Source of the DNA: a bacterium
GTDB taxonomy: Bacteria; Patescibacteriota; Minisyncoccia; JAHIHE01
Assembly: GCA_030693205.1 (NCBI GenBank)
Contig: JAUYBG010000011.1
Span: 56,793 to 120,792, forward strand
Direction: 5' to 3'
Length of the DNA stretch: 64,000 nucleotides
The translations under genes were made by a program, and so were the position numbers. The notes beneath the pieces were generated by a model, which saw only the letters and a list, made by a program, of their open reading frames with translations, was not told where the DNA came from and ran no database searches. Positions 36,333 to 44,123 of the stretch are shown here, one piece after another. Each line of letters begins with the position of its first letter. Within the stretch, counting starts at the first letter, position 1.

Positions 36333-37229
36333 TTAATTTTCCGGAAAAAGTTTATCATAGACATCAATGCTGACATATTTAATATCTTTTTTAACCTTTT
36401 CAAATTGTTCCGGAGTATATTTATCCCAAGGGCGCAAAATCATCGGGCTATAACCGCCTTGGATCTCTTCAAAATCATCATATCCATCGCCATCCGTATC
36501 TTTTTTATAAGGATCCGAGCCCAGCATTTTTTCAACTTTATCGGTTAATCCGTCATTGTCCGTGTCTATCTTGTCCCTCGCCTCGACACTTTCTCCGTTT
36601 TCACCGCCAACCGGACAATCTAAAGTATTAATAAAATTCAGGGTTCTTCCTTCGCTGTATTTTACAGAACTATTAACAGCAACGGCTATGATATTGCCGC
36701 CGCTACTCTTATTTTTTAAACAATCCAGACTGCCGATGATCCCCGTTTTGGCGCCGTCCGCGCTATTCCACCCAACCACGCTATAAACAAATTCTTCTCC
36801 GATCCTTCCTGTCTTATTCCCGCTGCTCTTTAAATAAGAATTTCCCAGGCCGTATTTTTCCAAAAGTTTTTTTTGAATATTGTCTTTTATTTTCAGAATC
36901 TCTTCTCGGGTAAAGCTGACGTCGAAAATCATCAGCGTATTGCCGCTTTTTTTGTCTTTTATCGTTACCACGCCGATATTTTTATTATCGAGGGCAATAT
37001 TCTCAAAATTTTTCAAAACATAGCTAGCATCCGGAAACTCCCAATTGCCTATTTTTTGCGCTTCTATGGTTTGTTCCCCGCTATACAGCGGAACATTAAA
37101 ATATTTCAGCGCAAAATACAAAACAGCAATGACAAAAACACCCAACGCCAAACTTGCAATAAGCTGAAAACCCATTATAATTTTTCTTAGATACTCCTTA
37201 ACCCCAAAACGTTCTGTGTTTCCCGGCAT
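36333..37229 (-). CDS. membrane-anchored protein with C-terminal thrombospondin-type-3-like Ca-binding repeats
   Basis: TM helix near the N-terminus. C-terminal DTDNDGLTDKVE...DTDGDGYDDFEE (DxDxDG repeats). Confidence 0.6.
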   Translation of the reverse strand: MPGNTERFGVKEYLRKIIMGFQLIASLALGVFVIAVLYFALKYFNVPLYSGEQTIEAQKIGNWEFPDASYVLKNFENIALDNKNIGVVTIKDKKSGNTLMIFDVSFTREEILKIKDNIQKKLLEKYGLGNSYLKSSGNKTGRIGEEFVYSVVGWNSADGAKTGIIGSLDCLKNKSSGGNIIAVAVNSSVKYSEGRTLNFINTLDCPVGGENGESVEARDKIDTDNDGLTDKVEKMLGSDPYKKDTDGDGYDDFEEIQGGYSPMILRPWDKYTPEQFEKVKKDIKYVSIDVYDKLFPEN

Positions 37230-37290
37230 AAATTATAGTTTTTAACTTTAAAACTTTCAACTTTAAAAACTTTATAACTATTCTTATTAT

Positions 37291-37319
37291 ATTATACTCT
37301 TTTCCGCGTTTTTGGGCAA
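37291..37319 (-). promoter_or_regulatory. promoter (TTGCCC-N17-TATAAT) plus AAAGTT-repeat leader for gene 36333-37229; paralog of the polA promoter-leader
   Basis: See 29229-29257. Confidence 0.5.
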
Positions 37320-37516
37320 AAAAATAACCGAGTTAATCTACCAACATCGTTTCGTTGTCTTTGCCTTTTAAAAAGAAATAGCCAAGCCCTTGACTAACTT
37401 TTGAATATAGTGTAAATTGACATATTAGCTTCACCGTCTTGCCGAAGGCGAAACAAGGCGAACGAATTAACATAGAAATATATTAACAAAATTTGCTTTA
37501 TTTTTGAATTAATTTT

Positions 37517-38674
37517 ATGGCCTTAAGCCTTAAACAACAAACTTACGAAATGATCAAAAAAAGCTCCCGCCCTTTGATCTTAATTCCCAAAAATCCGGAG
37601 GGCGACGCCATCGCAAGTGCTTTAGCGCTTTTTTTAATTTTAAAAAAACTGGATAAAGATCCGCGCATTGCCTGCTCTAACGCAATCGCGGAAAAATTTT
37701 TATTCTTGCCTGCGCAAGAAGAGATCCATCATCATGTTTCCGGCGAACGCACATACAAAATATCCCTTGATGTGGGGCATAACGAGATCAAAGAATTGTC
37801 TTATGAACAAATCGGCAATATATTGAGCATAAATGTTCTTACCAAATCCGACGGCATCAATAAAAATTCACTGAACCTTGAACCATCCAAATTTAAATAC
37901 GACCTGATCTTTACCATATCCGCTCCCGACCTGGAATCTTTGGGGAAAATTTACTTTGACAACACGGAACTTTTTTTCCAAACGCCGATCATCAATATCG
38001 ACCACCATCCTTCCAATGAATATTTTGGCACTGTCAATTTGATAGAAGTTACGATGGCCTCTACCGCGGAAATCGTGGCCGGGCTCAAAGACGCGATCCT
38101 GTCCGAAAAAAACGACGTAGAGATCAGCACTTTGCTTTTGGCCGGAATTATCGCTGAAACTAACAATTTCCAGTCAAGCGCCATTAATCCGAACACATTC
38201 AGCACAGCCGCGTCTTTGCTCGCCGCAGGCGCGAAACAGGAAGAGATCATAAAAAATTTTTACAAAACCAAGCCTCTTTCCGTGTTGAGGCTTATCGGAC
38301 AGATCGTGAACAACATGAACTTTGATCCGGGATATTCTCTGGCTTGGGCGAAATTAAGCCAGAATGATTTTGAAAAAAATAACGCTAACCCGCATGATAT
38401 TGATATGGCCATAAATGAATTGGTCAATAACTCAAAAGATATTGATATTTTGTTTATCGTTTACCAGGATAATGAAAAAATTATCGGCAATATCTGGATG
38501 GACAGAATATTTGACGCAAAAACTTTGACCCGCGAACTGAACGGGGAAAAGATAAATCATAAAATCATTATTTCCGAAACAAATCTGTCAATTATTGATT
38601 TTGAAGAAAAAATCCTGGCTAAGCTGAAATTATTTATAAAAATTTCTCAAAAAAGAATGGGGGCGATCGAATAG
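37517..38674 (+). CDS. DHH/DHHA1 phosphoesterase (NrnA-like oligoribonuclease/pAp phosphatase)
   Basis: The IINIDHHPSN (DHH) motif, N-terminal Asp-rich region (GDAIAS) and a C-terminal DHHA1-like region. Confidence 0.8.
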   Translation: MALSLKQQTYEMIKKSSRPLILIPKNPEGDAIASALALFLILKKLDKDPRIACSNAIAEKFLFLPAQEEIHHHVSGERTYKISLDVGHNEIKELSYEQIGNILSINVLTKSDGINKNSLNLEPSKFKYDLIFTISAPDLESLGKIYFDNTELFFQTPIINIDHHPSNEYFGTVNLIEVTMASTAEIVAGLKDAILSEKNDVEISTLLLAGIIAETNNFQSSAINPNTFSTAASLLAAGAKQEEIIKNFYKTKPLSVLRLIGQIVNNMNFDPGYSLAWAKLSQNDFEKNNANPHDIDMAINELVNNSKDIDILFIVYQDNEKIIGNIWMDRIFDAKTLTRELNGEKINHKIIISETNLSIIDFEEKILAKLKLFIKISQKRMGAIE

Positions 38675-38716
38675 GCTTTTCCTCTCTGCCACGCATTGCA
38701 TTAAAGCCGTAAACAT

Positions 38717-38748
38717 ACTAGAATAATAGTAATAATTCTAGTTTTTTA
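38717..38748 (+). terminator. rho-independent terminator after the NrnA-like gene (ACTAGAAT-N10-ATTCTAGT plus T6)
   Basis: 8-bp stem followed by a T-run. Confidence 0.6.
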
Positions 38749-38777
38749 ATTCTAAGCATTGGTATTAAAAATGTTAA

Positions 38778-38810
38778 AATGCTAGAATGTTAAAATGTTA
38801 AAATGTTTTT
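38778..38810 (+). repeat. tandem AATGTTAA/AATGCTAG octamers (~4-5 copies) abutting the pilB start codon
   Basis: aaaatgttaaaatgctagaatgttaaaatgttaaaatgtttttATG. Confidence 0.6.
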
Positions 38811-40502
38811 ATGACTATTAGAAAATCTGATGTTTCCAAACAATATATAAATACCGAAAAAAAGCGGGAGGAAAGGCATGAAAAAATCAAATCTATCCTC
38901 CAGGAGTCAAAAGAAAAAGAAACCGCTGCCAAAGCCAAGGCTCTGGGCTATTCTTATCTGGACCTGAATATTGTGCCGATTGAAGCGGACGCGCTTTCCA
39001 CAATTACTCTTGAAAAAGCCCAGCAAGGGAAAATAGCCGTTATTTACAGAGTCGGGCAAAAACTTCACCTTGCCACTCTGGATCCGATGAATGTAAAAAC
39101 TCAAGAAATAATGAAAGAACTGGAAGAAAAAGGCTATAATATTACAACCATAATAGTTTCTCAGGCAAGCCTTGAAAGAGCCTGGGAAAACTATGACACG
39201 AGTTTGATCGCGAAAAACAAGCTGGACCAGCTCTTAACTCTAAACGAGGAAGAACTGAACGATATTGAAAAAAGCATCGTCGACTTGAGCAAGCTTACGG
39301 AAAAAATAACCAGCGCTCCGGTCGGCGAAACATTGGGAATTATTATGGCCGGAGCGGTAAAAGCCCAAGCCAGCGATATCCATCTTGAACCGCGCGCGGA
39401 CGAAATTCGCTTGCGCTATCGTATCGACGGAGTTCTCTCGGATATGGCTATTTTTCCAAAAAATATCTATACTTCTCTCTCTAACCGCATAAAAATGCTT
39501 GGGCGTGTTAAGCTGAATATTTCCGGAGTTCCGCAAAACGGCAGATTTACCCTGGCGATCGGGAAAGAAAACACCGATATTCGCCTTGCCCTTTTGCCAA
39601 GCGCTTTCGGAGACGAAATAATTATGCGCTTGCTGTATCAAAGCACCGCCTCTCTGGACCTAAAAAATATCGGATTAAAAGGGGAAATATTAAAAAAGAT
39701 CAACCATGAGATTTCCAAGCCAAATGGAATGATCTTGGTTACCGGTCCTACCGGAAGCGGCAAGACAACCACTCTTTACGCTTTTATCAATATCTTAAAC
39801 GAACCCGGCACAAAAATAATCACTATCGAAGATCCGATCGAATATAAAATTTCCGGCATCTCTCAAACCGCGGTAAACCAGGAAGGGGGCTATACTTTTG
39901 CCAACGGACTTTCCGCGATCATGCGGCAAGATCCCGATATTATCATGGTTGGAGAAATGAGAGACCCTGACACCGCTTCGGCGGGAATCCAGGCGGCACT
40001 CACCGGACACCTGGTTTTTTCGACTCTTCACACCAATAGCGCTGTCGGCGCGATCCCCCGTCTTATAGAATTAGGCGTACGGCCGGCCTTGATCCCCTCG
40101 GCTACCAATGCGATCATCAGCCAAAGGCTGGTAAGAAAACTTTGCCCGTTTTGCAAAGAAGAATATTCTCCCGCTCCGGAAGTGCAAGAAAAGATCAAAA
40201 AATTATTATCTGATATCCCCGCCGCCATGCAAACTAAAACCGCCGGCAAAGCAGAAACCCTCTGGAGATCAAAAGGGTGCCCAAAATGCAATCACGGCTA
40301 CAAAGGAAGAATCGGAATTTTTGAAGTATTCTTGATCTCTCCGAAAACAGAAAAACTTATTTTAGATTACGCGCCAACTTCCGAAATAGAAAAAGTTGCC
40401 GTCGAGGAAGGAATGATGACCCTCAAACAAGACGGATTGCTGAAAGCCATGGAAGGGATCACTACTATCAGCGAAGTGGAAAAAGCCGCCGGAGAAATGT
40501 AA
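38811..40502 (+). CDS. pilB: type IV pilus assembly / type II secretion ATPase (PilB/GspE family)
   Basis: Walker A GPTGSGKTTTL, Asp/His boxes, and the tetracysteine CPFCKEEY...CPKCNHGY typical of GspE/PilB. Confidence 0.92.
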   Translation: MTIRKSDVSKQYINTEKKREERHEKIKSILQESKEKETAAKAKALGYSYLDLNIVPIEADALSTITLEKAQQGKIAVIYRVGQKLHLATLDPMNVKTQEIMKELEEKGYNITTIIVSQASLERAWENYDTSLIAKNKLDQLLTLNEEELNDIEKSIVDLSKLTEKITSAPVGETLGIIMAGAVKAQASDIHLEPRADEIRLRYRIDGVLSDMAIFPKNIYTSLSNRIKMLGRVKLNISGVPQNGRFTLAIGKENTDIRLALLPSAFGDEIIMRLLYQSTASLDLKNIGLKGEILKKINHEISKPNGMILVTGPTGSGKTTTLYAFINILNEPGTKIITIEDPIEYKISGISQTAVNQEGGYTFANGLSAIMRQDPDIIMVGEMRDPDTASAGIQAALTGHLVFSTLHTNSAVGAIPRLIELGVRPALIPSATNAIISQRLVRKLCPFCKEEYSPAPEVQEKIKKLLSDIPAAMQTKTAGKAETLWRSKGCPKCNHGYKGRIGIFEVFLISPKTEKLILDYAPTSEIEKVAVEEGMMTLKQDGLLKAMEGITTISEVEKAAGEM

Positions 40503-40535
40503 AAAACATATATTAAAAATGTTTATATACCAAAA

Positions 40536-40566
40536 ATCACCTCGAATAAGCGAGGTGATTTTTTCC
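40536..40566 (+). terminator. strong rho-independent terminator after pilB (ATCACCTCG-aataag-CGAGGTGAT plus T6)
   Basis: 9-bp GC-rich stem followed by a T-run. Confidence 0.8.
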
Positions 40567-40580
40567 ATCGGCTAGACAAT

Positions 40581-40722
40581 ATTTTTCTGTAGACAACAAG
40601 AGTTTTTTGGGGTATAATCCAGACAGAAGCTTGCACTTGCCGCCCAAATTACCCAAATTCCATAAAAACTCCCGTGTAACATTCTCCGCTAAAAGCAAAA
40701 AAGAACTCGTCTACAGAAAAAT
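40581..40722. repeat. perfect 14-bp inverted repeat ATTTTTCTGTAGAC (40581-40594 and reverse complement at 40709-40722) flanking a 114-bp segment that contains a TTTTTTGGGGTATAAT promoter-like element
   Basis: Lies in the 370-bp pilB-ruvB intergenic region. Confidence 0.6.
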
Positions 40723-40875
40723 AGCGTCTAACACTATCTTTCTTTACTTTTCTTCGTGCTATATTCGCCATAAGGCGTAATATGCGGTGAACTATTCATT
40801 ATAACAGGTCTATTTAATTTGTCAACCCCAGAAAACCCAAATTATCAAATCTGTTAAATTTAAAATAAATATCTT

Positions 40876-41883
40876 ATGTCAATTATTCAGCCAAAGGAAA
40901 AACCTGAGGACGAAAAGCTGGACTTTGCTTTAAGGCCGGAAAGCTTGAGTGATTTTATTGGACAGGAAAAAATCAAGAAAAATATCGAGATTTTTATCGC
41001 CGCGGCAAAAAAACGGGGCGAGCCCATAGAACACACCCTTCTCCATGGACCGGCGGGGCTCGGAAAAACAACTCTGGCTCACATTATTGCCAAAGAATTC
41101 AAAAGCAATATCAAGATCACTTCCGGCCCGGCTATAGAAAAAGTCGGCGATCTCGGCGCCATTCTTTCGTCTTTGGAAGATGGCGATATTTTGTTTATTG
41201 ACGAAATCCATCGCCTGAATAAATTGATCGAGGAGGTCCTCTATCCGGCCATGGAAGATTTCGCGCTGGATATAATCATCGGCAAAGGGCCTTCCGCGAG
41301 AACTCTTCGCCTTAATTTGCCGCGTTTTACCCTGATCGGCGCCACTACCAGAATCGGACTCTTGACTTCTCCGCTTCTAAATCGTTTTGGCTCGACATAT
41401 CACTTGAGTTTTTACGCCCAAGACGATATTGAAAAAATAATCAAAAGATCAGCCGGTTTATTAAAAATAGACATTGATGATGGGGCATTAAAAACCATCT
41501 CCCAGTCTTCCCGCTTTACCCCCCGAATCGCCAATCGCCTATTGAAGCGCGTCCGCGACTATGCGGAAGTGAAATGCAATGGAATCGTCACCAAAAATAT
41601 CGCCGAGGAAGCTTTTAAAATGCTGGAAGTCGATCATCTGGGGCTTGAAGCCACTGACCGAATGATCCTTGATATTATTATCAATAAATTTTCCGGCGGA
41701 CCGGTCGGCATCCAAACGATGGCTGCCGCAAGCCATGAGGACGAAGAAACGATTTCGGACATTTATGAACCGTTTTTGCTCCAGTTGGGGCTTCTCGACC
41801 GCACCAGCCGCGGACGAGTCGCGACCAAAGCGGCTTATGACCATTTGGGAATCAAGTGGCCGGGAAAAGCGAGTTTACTATAA
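40876..41883 (+). CDS. ruvB: Holliday junction ATP-dependent DNA helicase RuvB
   Basis: Walker A GPAGLGKTTLA, Walker B ILFIDEIHRL, sensor regions and a C-terminal winged helix. Confidence 0.97.
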   Translation: MSIIQPKEKPEDEKLDFALRPESLSDFIGQEKIKKNIEIFIAAAKKRGEPIEHTLLHGPAGLGKTTLAHIIAKEFKSNIKITSGPAIEKVGDLGAILSSLEDGDILFIDEIHRLNKLIEEVLYPAMEDFALDIIIGKGPSARTLRLNLPRFTLIGATTRIGLLTSPLLNRFGSTYHLSFYAQDDIEKIIKRSAGLLKIDIDDGALKTISQSSRFTPRIANRLLKRVRDYAEVKCNGIVTKNIAEEAFKMLEVDHLGLEATDRMILDIIINKFSGGPVGIQTMAAASHEDEETISDIYEPFLLQLGLLDRTSRGRVATKAAYDHLGIKWPGKASLL

Positions 41884-41990
41884 ATAGTATTTCTACCAGA
41901 AAAACAATAAGGCTAAAATTTTTAATGGGAAAAAATTGCCGAGGATTGAAGCATTAAATAATTAAAAAAATAAAAATAATAATTTTATAA

Positions 41991-42025
41991 TTTCACTATT
42001 GATATTATGCATTATCATAGTGAAA
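41991..42025 (+). promoter_or_regulatory. 9-bp inverted repeat TTTCACTAT-N17-ATAGTGAAA overlapping a TATAAT at ~41986-41991, 17 nt upstream of the FG-GAP gene start
   Basis: Either an operator or a 5'-terminal mRNA stem-loop. Confidence 0.45.
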
Positions 42026-42041
42026 CAAATTAATTAATTCT

Positions 42042-43559
42042 ATGTCTTTTTTCTTTCTCAAAAAATCTATTGTTTTAGTTGGGTTAGTTGGTCTAATCTT
42101 TGCTTTATTATTTATCAAGAGCATTCCCATGGCTACTGCTCAAGTAGTAGCTTGGACAGCCAAATCTGCTTGGAATGCTCCTGATGTAGGGGGTACATCT
42201 GTTCCTGCCTTTGCCGATTTAGATAACGATGGAGATTATGATTTGTTAATTGGGGAAGAAGGGGGAGTAAGTTATGCTTATGAAAATACCGGTTCAAATA
42301 CCAGTCCTACTTGGACAGCCAAACCTGTATGGAACGCTCCCGATGTTGGAGAAGAAGCCGCTCCTGCCTTTGCCGATTTAGACAACGATGGAGATTATGA
42401 TTTATTAATTGGGGAACATTTCGGATCATCTGCCGCTTACGAGAATACTGGTTCAAAGACCAGTCCTACTTGGACAGCCAAACCTGCATGGAGTGTTCCC
42501 GATGTTGGATTTATGGTTCGACCCGCCTTTGCCGATTTAGACAACGATGGAGATTATGATTTGATGATAGGAGGAAACAGTGGAGGAACTATCGGAGTAA
42601 GTTATGCTTATGAGAATACCGGTTCAAAGACCAGTCCTACTTGGACAGCCAAACCTGCTTGGGATGCTCCTAATGTTGCAGACTTGTCCGCTCCTGCCTT
42701 TGCCGATTTAAACAATGATGGAGATTATGATTTATTGATTGGAAAATATGATGGATTATCTGTCGCATACAAGAATACCGGTTCAAAGACCAGTCCTACT
42801 TGGATATACGAATCTGCTTGGGATGTTTCTTTTGATGTTGGATATTATGCTCGACCTGCTTTTGCCGATTTAGACAATGATGGAGATTATGATTTATTGA
42901 TTGGAACTACTGCTGGAATAAGCTTTGCATATGAGAATACTGGTTCACCCCCTCCCACATGCACTCTCTCTGCTTCTCCCGCTTCTATTGTTTCCGGCGA
43001 TTCTTCTGTTTTAACTTGGACTACCGCTAATGCCACTTCTGCCACTATTGATAATAGTATAGGAAGCGTAACTCCTGTAAACACCGGCGGTATAAATGTT
43101 TCTCCCGCCGCTACCACCACTTACATAATGACTGCTACGGGAAGCGGAACATCTACCTGCCAGACAATAATAAATGTTTCTCCGCCCCCGCCTCCTCCCA
43201 CCGGCGGACTTGTTCCTTGCGGAAGACTGGCTAATGCGATTCCTGCCAGCGGACCTGATTTAATCGACGAATCCGCTCCCTGCACCCTTTGTGCTTTGTT
43301 CTATATGCTGAAAAATATCATTAATTTTGTTATGACCTTGTCAGTCGGCATCGGGGTATTTATTCTCGTTATCGCCGGATTGCTCTATGCTTTTTCGGCC
43401 GGAAATCCCGGAAAAATCAGCCTGGCTAAATCCGCCGTCACCAGCGCGATCATCGGCATAGCTATTATTTTTATCGCTTGGATGGCGATCGCGGTGATCT
43501 TGCAAGGAATGGGATACGCTAATATGGCTACCTGGAATCAGGTAAATTGCACGCTGTAA
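42042..43559 (+). CDS. secreted FG-GAP/VCBS-repeat protein (six ~50-aa repeats) with Ig-like middle domain and C-terminal Cys-rich plus double-TM (VirB2/TrbC-pilin-like) tail
   Basis: Signal peptide. Repeats PAFADLDNDGDYDLLIGE....YENTGS.TSPTWTAKP. Then PPPTCTLSASP...; then PCGRL...CTLC followed by two hydrophobic helices separated by AFSAGNPGKISLAKS. Confidence 0.75.
   Translation: MSFFFLKKSIVLVGLVGLIFALLFIKSIPMATAQVVAWTAKSAWNAPDVGGTSVPAFADLDNDGDYDLLIGEEGGVSYAYENTGSNTSPTWTAKPVWNAPDVGEEAAPAFADLDNDGDYDLLIGEHFGSSAAYENTGSKTSPTWTAKPAWSVPDVGFMVRPAFADLDNDGDYDLMIGGNSGGTIGVSYAYENTGSKTSPTWTAKPAWDAPNVADLSAPAFADLNNDGDYDLLIGKYDGLSVAYKNTGSKTSPTWIYESAWDVSFDVGYYARPAFADLDNDGDYDLLIGTTAGISFAYENTGSPPPTCTLSASPASIVSGDSSVLTWTTANATSATIDNSIGSVTPVNTGGINVSPAATTTYIMTATGSGTSTCQTIINVSPPPPPPTGGLVPCGRLANAIPASGPDLIDESAPCTLCALFYMLKNIINFVMTLSVGIGVFILVIAGLLYAFSAGNPGKISLAKSAVTSAIIGIAIIFIAWMAIAVILQGMGYANMATWNQVNCTL
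42150..42950 (+). repeat. six ~150-bp tandem coding repeats (FG-GAP units) with long near-identical DNA stretches
   Basis: For example ccgcctttgccgatttagacaacgatggagattatgatttattaattgg recurs with few substitutions. Confidence 0.7.
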
Positions 43560-43610
43560 GAATCTTTTACAAAATTATTATTAATTTGGGAATAACTATA
43601 AAAAATAATT

Positions 43611-43973
43611 TTGATTTTTCTTAAAATTTATGCTATGATTTTAATAGGTAAAAAGGAGGAAATATTTATTTTTCATAGAAAAAAAACACCAACAAAAGAC
43701 ATCGGGCCTGTAGTGATAAGTGCAACAAAAGAAACCCAATTGCCTATAGGCGAAGAGGTAAAAGAAGTAAGAATATTACGCACAAAAGACAAAGTGCAAC
43801 TTGTCTTAATGAGCGCAATAATAATGCCAACGGGCAAAATAATCGATACAAGCAACAACGAAACTAACGAAACTTGGGAGCCTAACGAGGCAAAAGCTAT
43901 AAGCTGCATAGCAATGAGAGAAAGAAACTTTTTAGCACCAATACCGCAATCGACGCAACAAACACTATTTTAA
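43611..43973 (+). CDS. small hydrophilic hypothetical protein (start uncertain: TTG at 43611 or ATG at ~43635); an alternative overlapping minus-strand ORF 43673-43909 encodes a 78-aa two-TM peptide
   Basis: The plus-strand ORF is followed directly by a strong plus-strand terminator (GGCTCAT..ATGAGCC plus T7). Which strand is coding cannot be resolved by eye. Confidence 0.3.
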   Translation: MIFLKIYAMILIGKKEEIFIFHRKKTPTKDIGPVVISATKETQLPIGEEVKEVRILRTKDKVQLVLMSAIIMPTGKIIDTSNNETNETWEPNEAKAISCIAMRERNFLAPIPQSTQQTLF

Positions 43974-43983
43974 TACATACTTT

Positions 43984-44048
43984 GGCTCATCTTTACCTAA
44001 TGAGCCTCTTTTTTTACAAAAAAACCAGCCTGATTTTCATTGGCTGAT
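43984..44048. terminator. two hairpins (GGCTCAT-N9-ATGAGCC plus T7; CAGCC-N10-GGCTG plus ATTTTTAATTTTT) acting as convergent terminators for the plus-strand gene(s) and the PBP1A gene
   Basis: Stems and T-runs visible on both strands. Confidence 0.65.
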
Positions 44049-44123
44049 TTTTAATTTTTCCAAAAAACACTTTCGAACAGTAACAACTTTATCGGAAGTC
44101 CGGACCATTCAAACAAATATATT

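Noticed and set aside
43644-43660. AAAGGAGG Shine-Dalgarno-like sequence inside ORF 43611-43973 as a marker of an internal start
   Set aside because: No ATG/GTG/TTG occurs in any frame within 4-12 nt downstream. It is most likely a coincidental Lys-Glu-Glu codon string.
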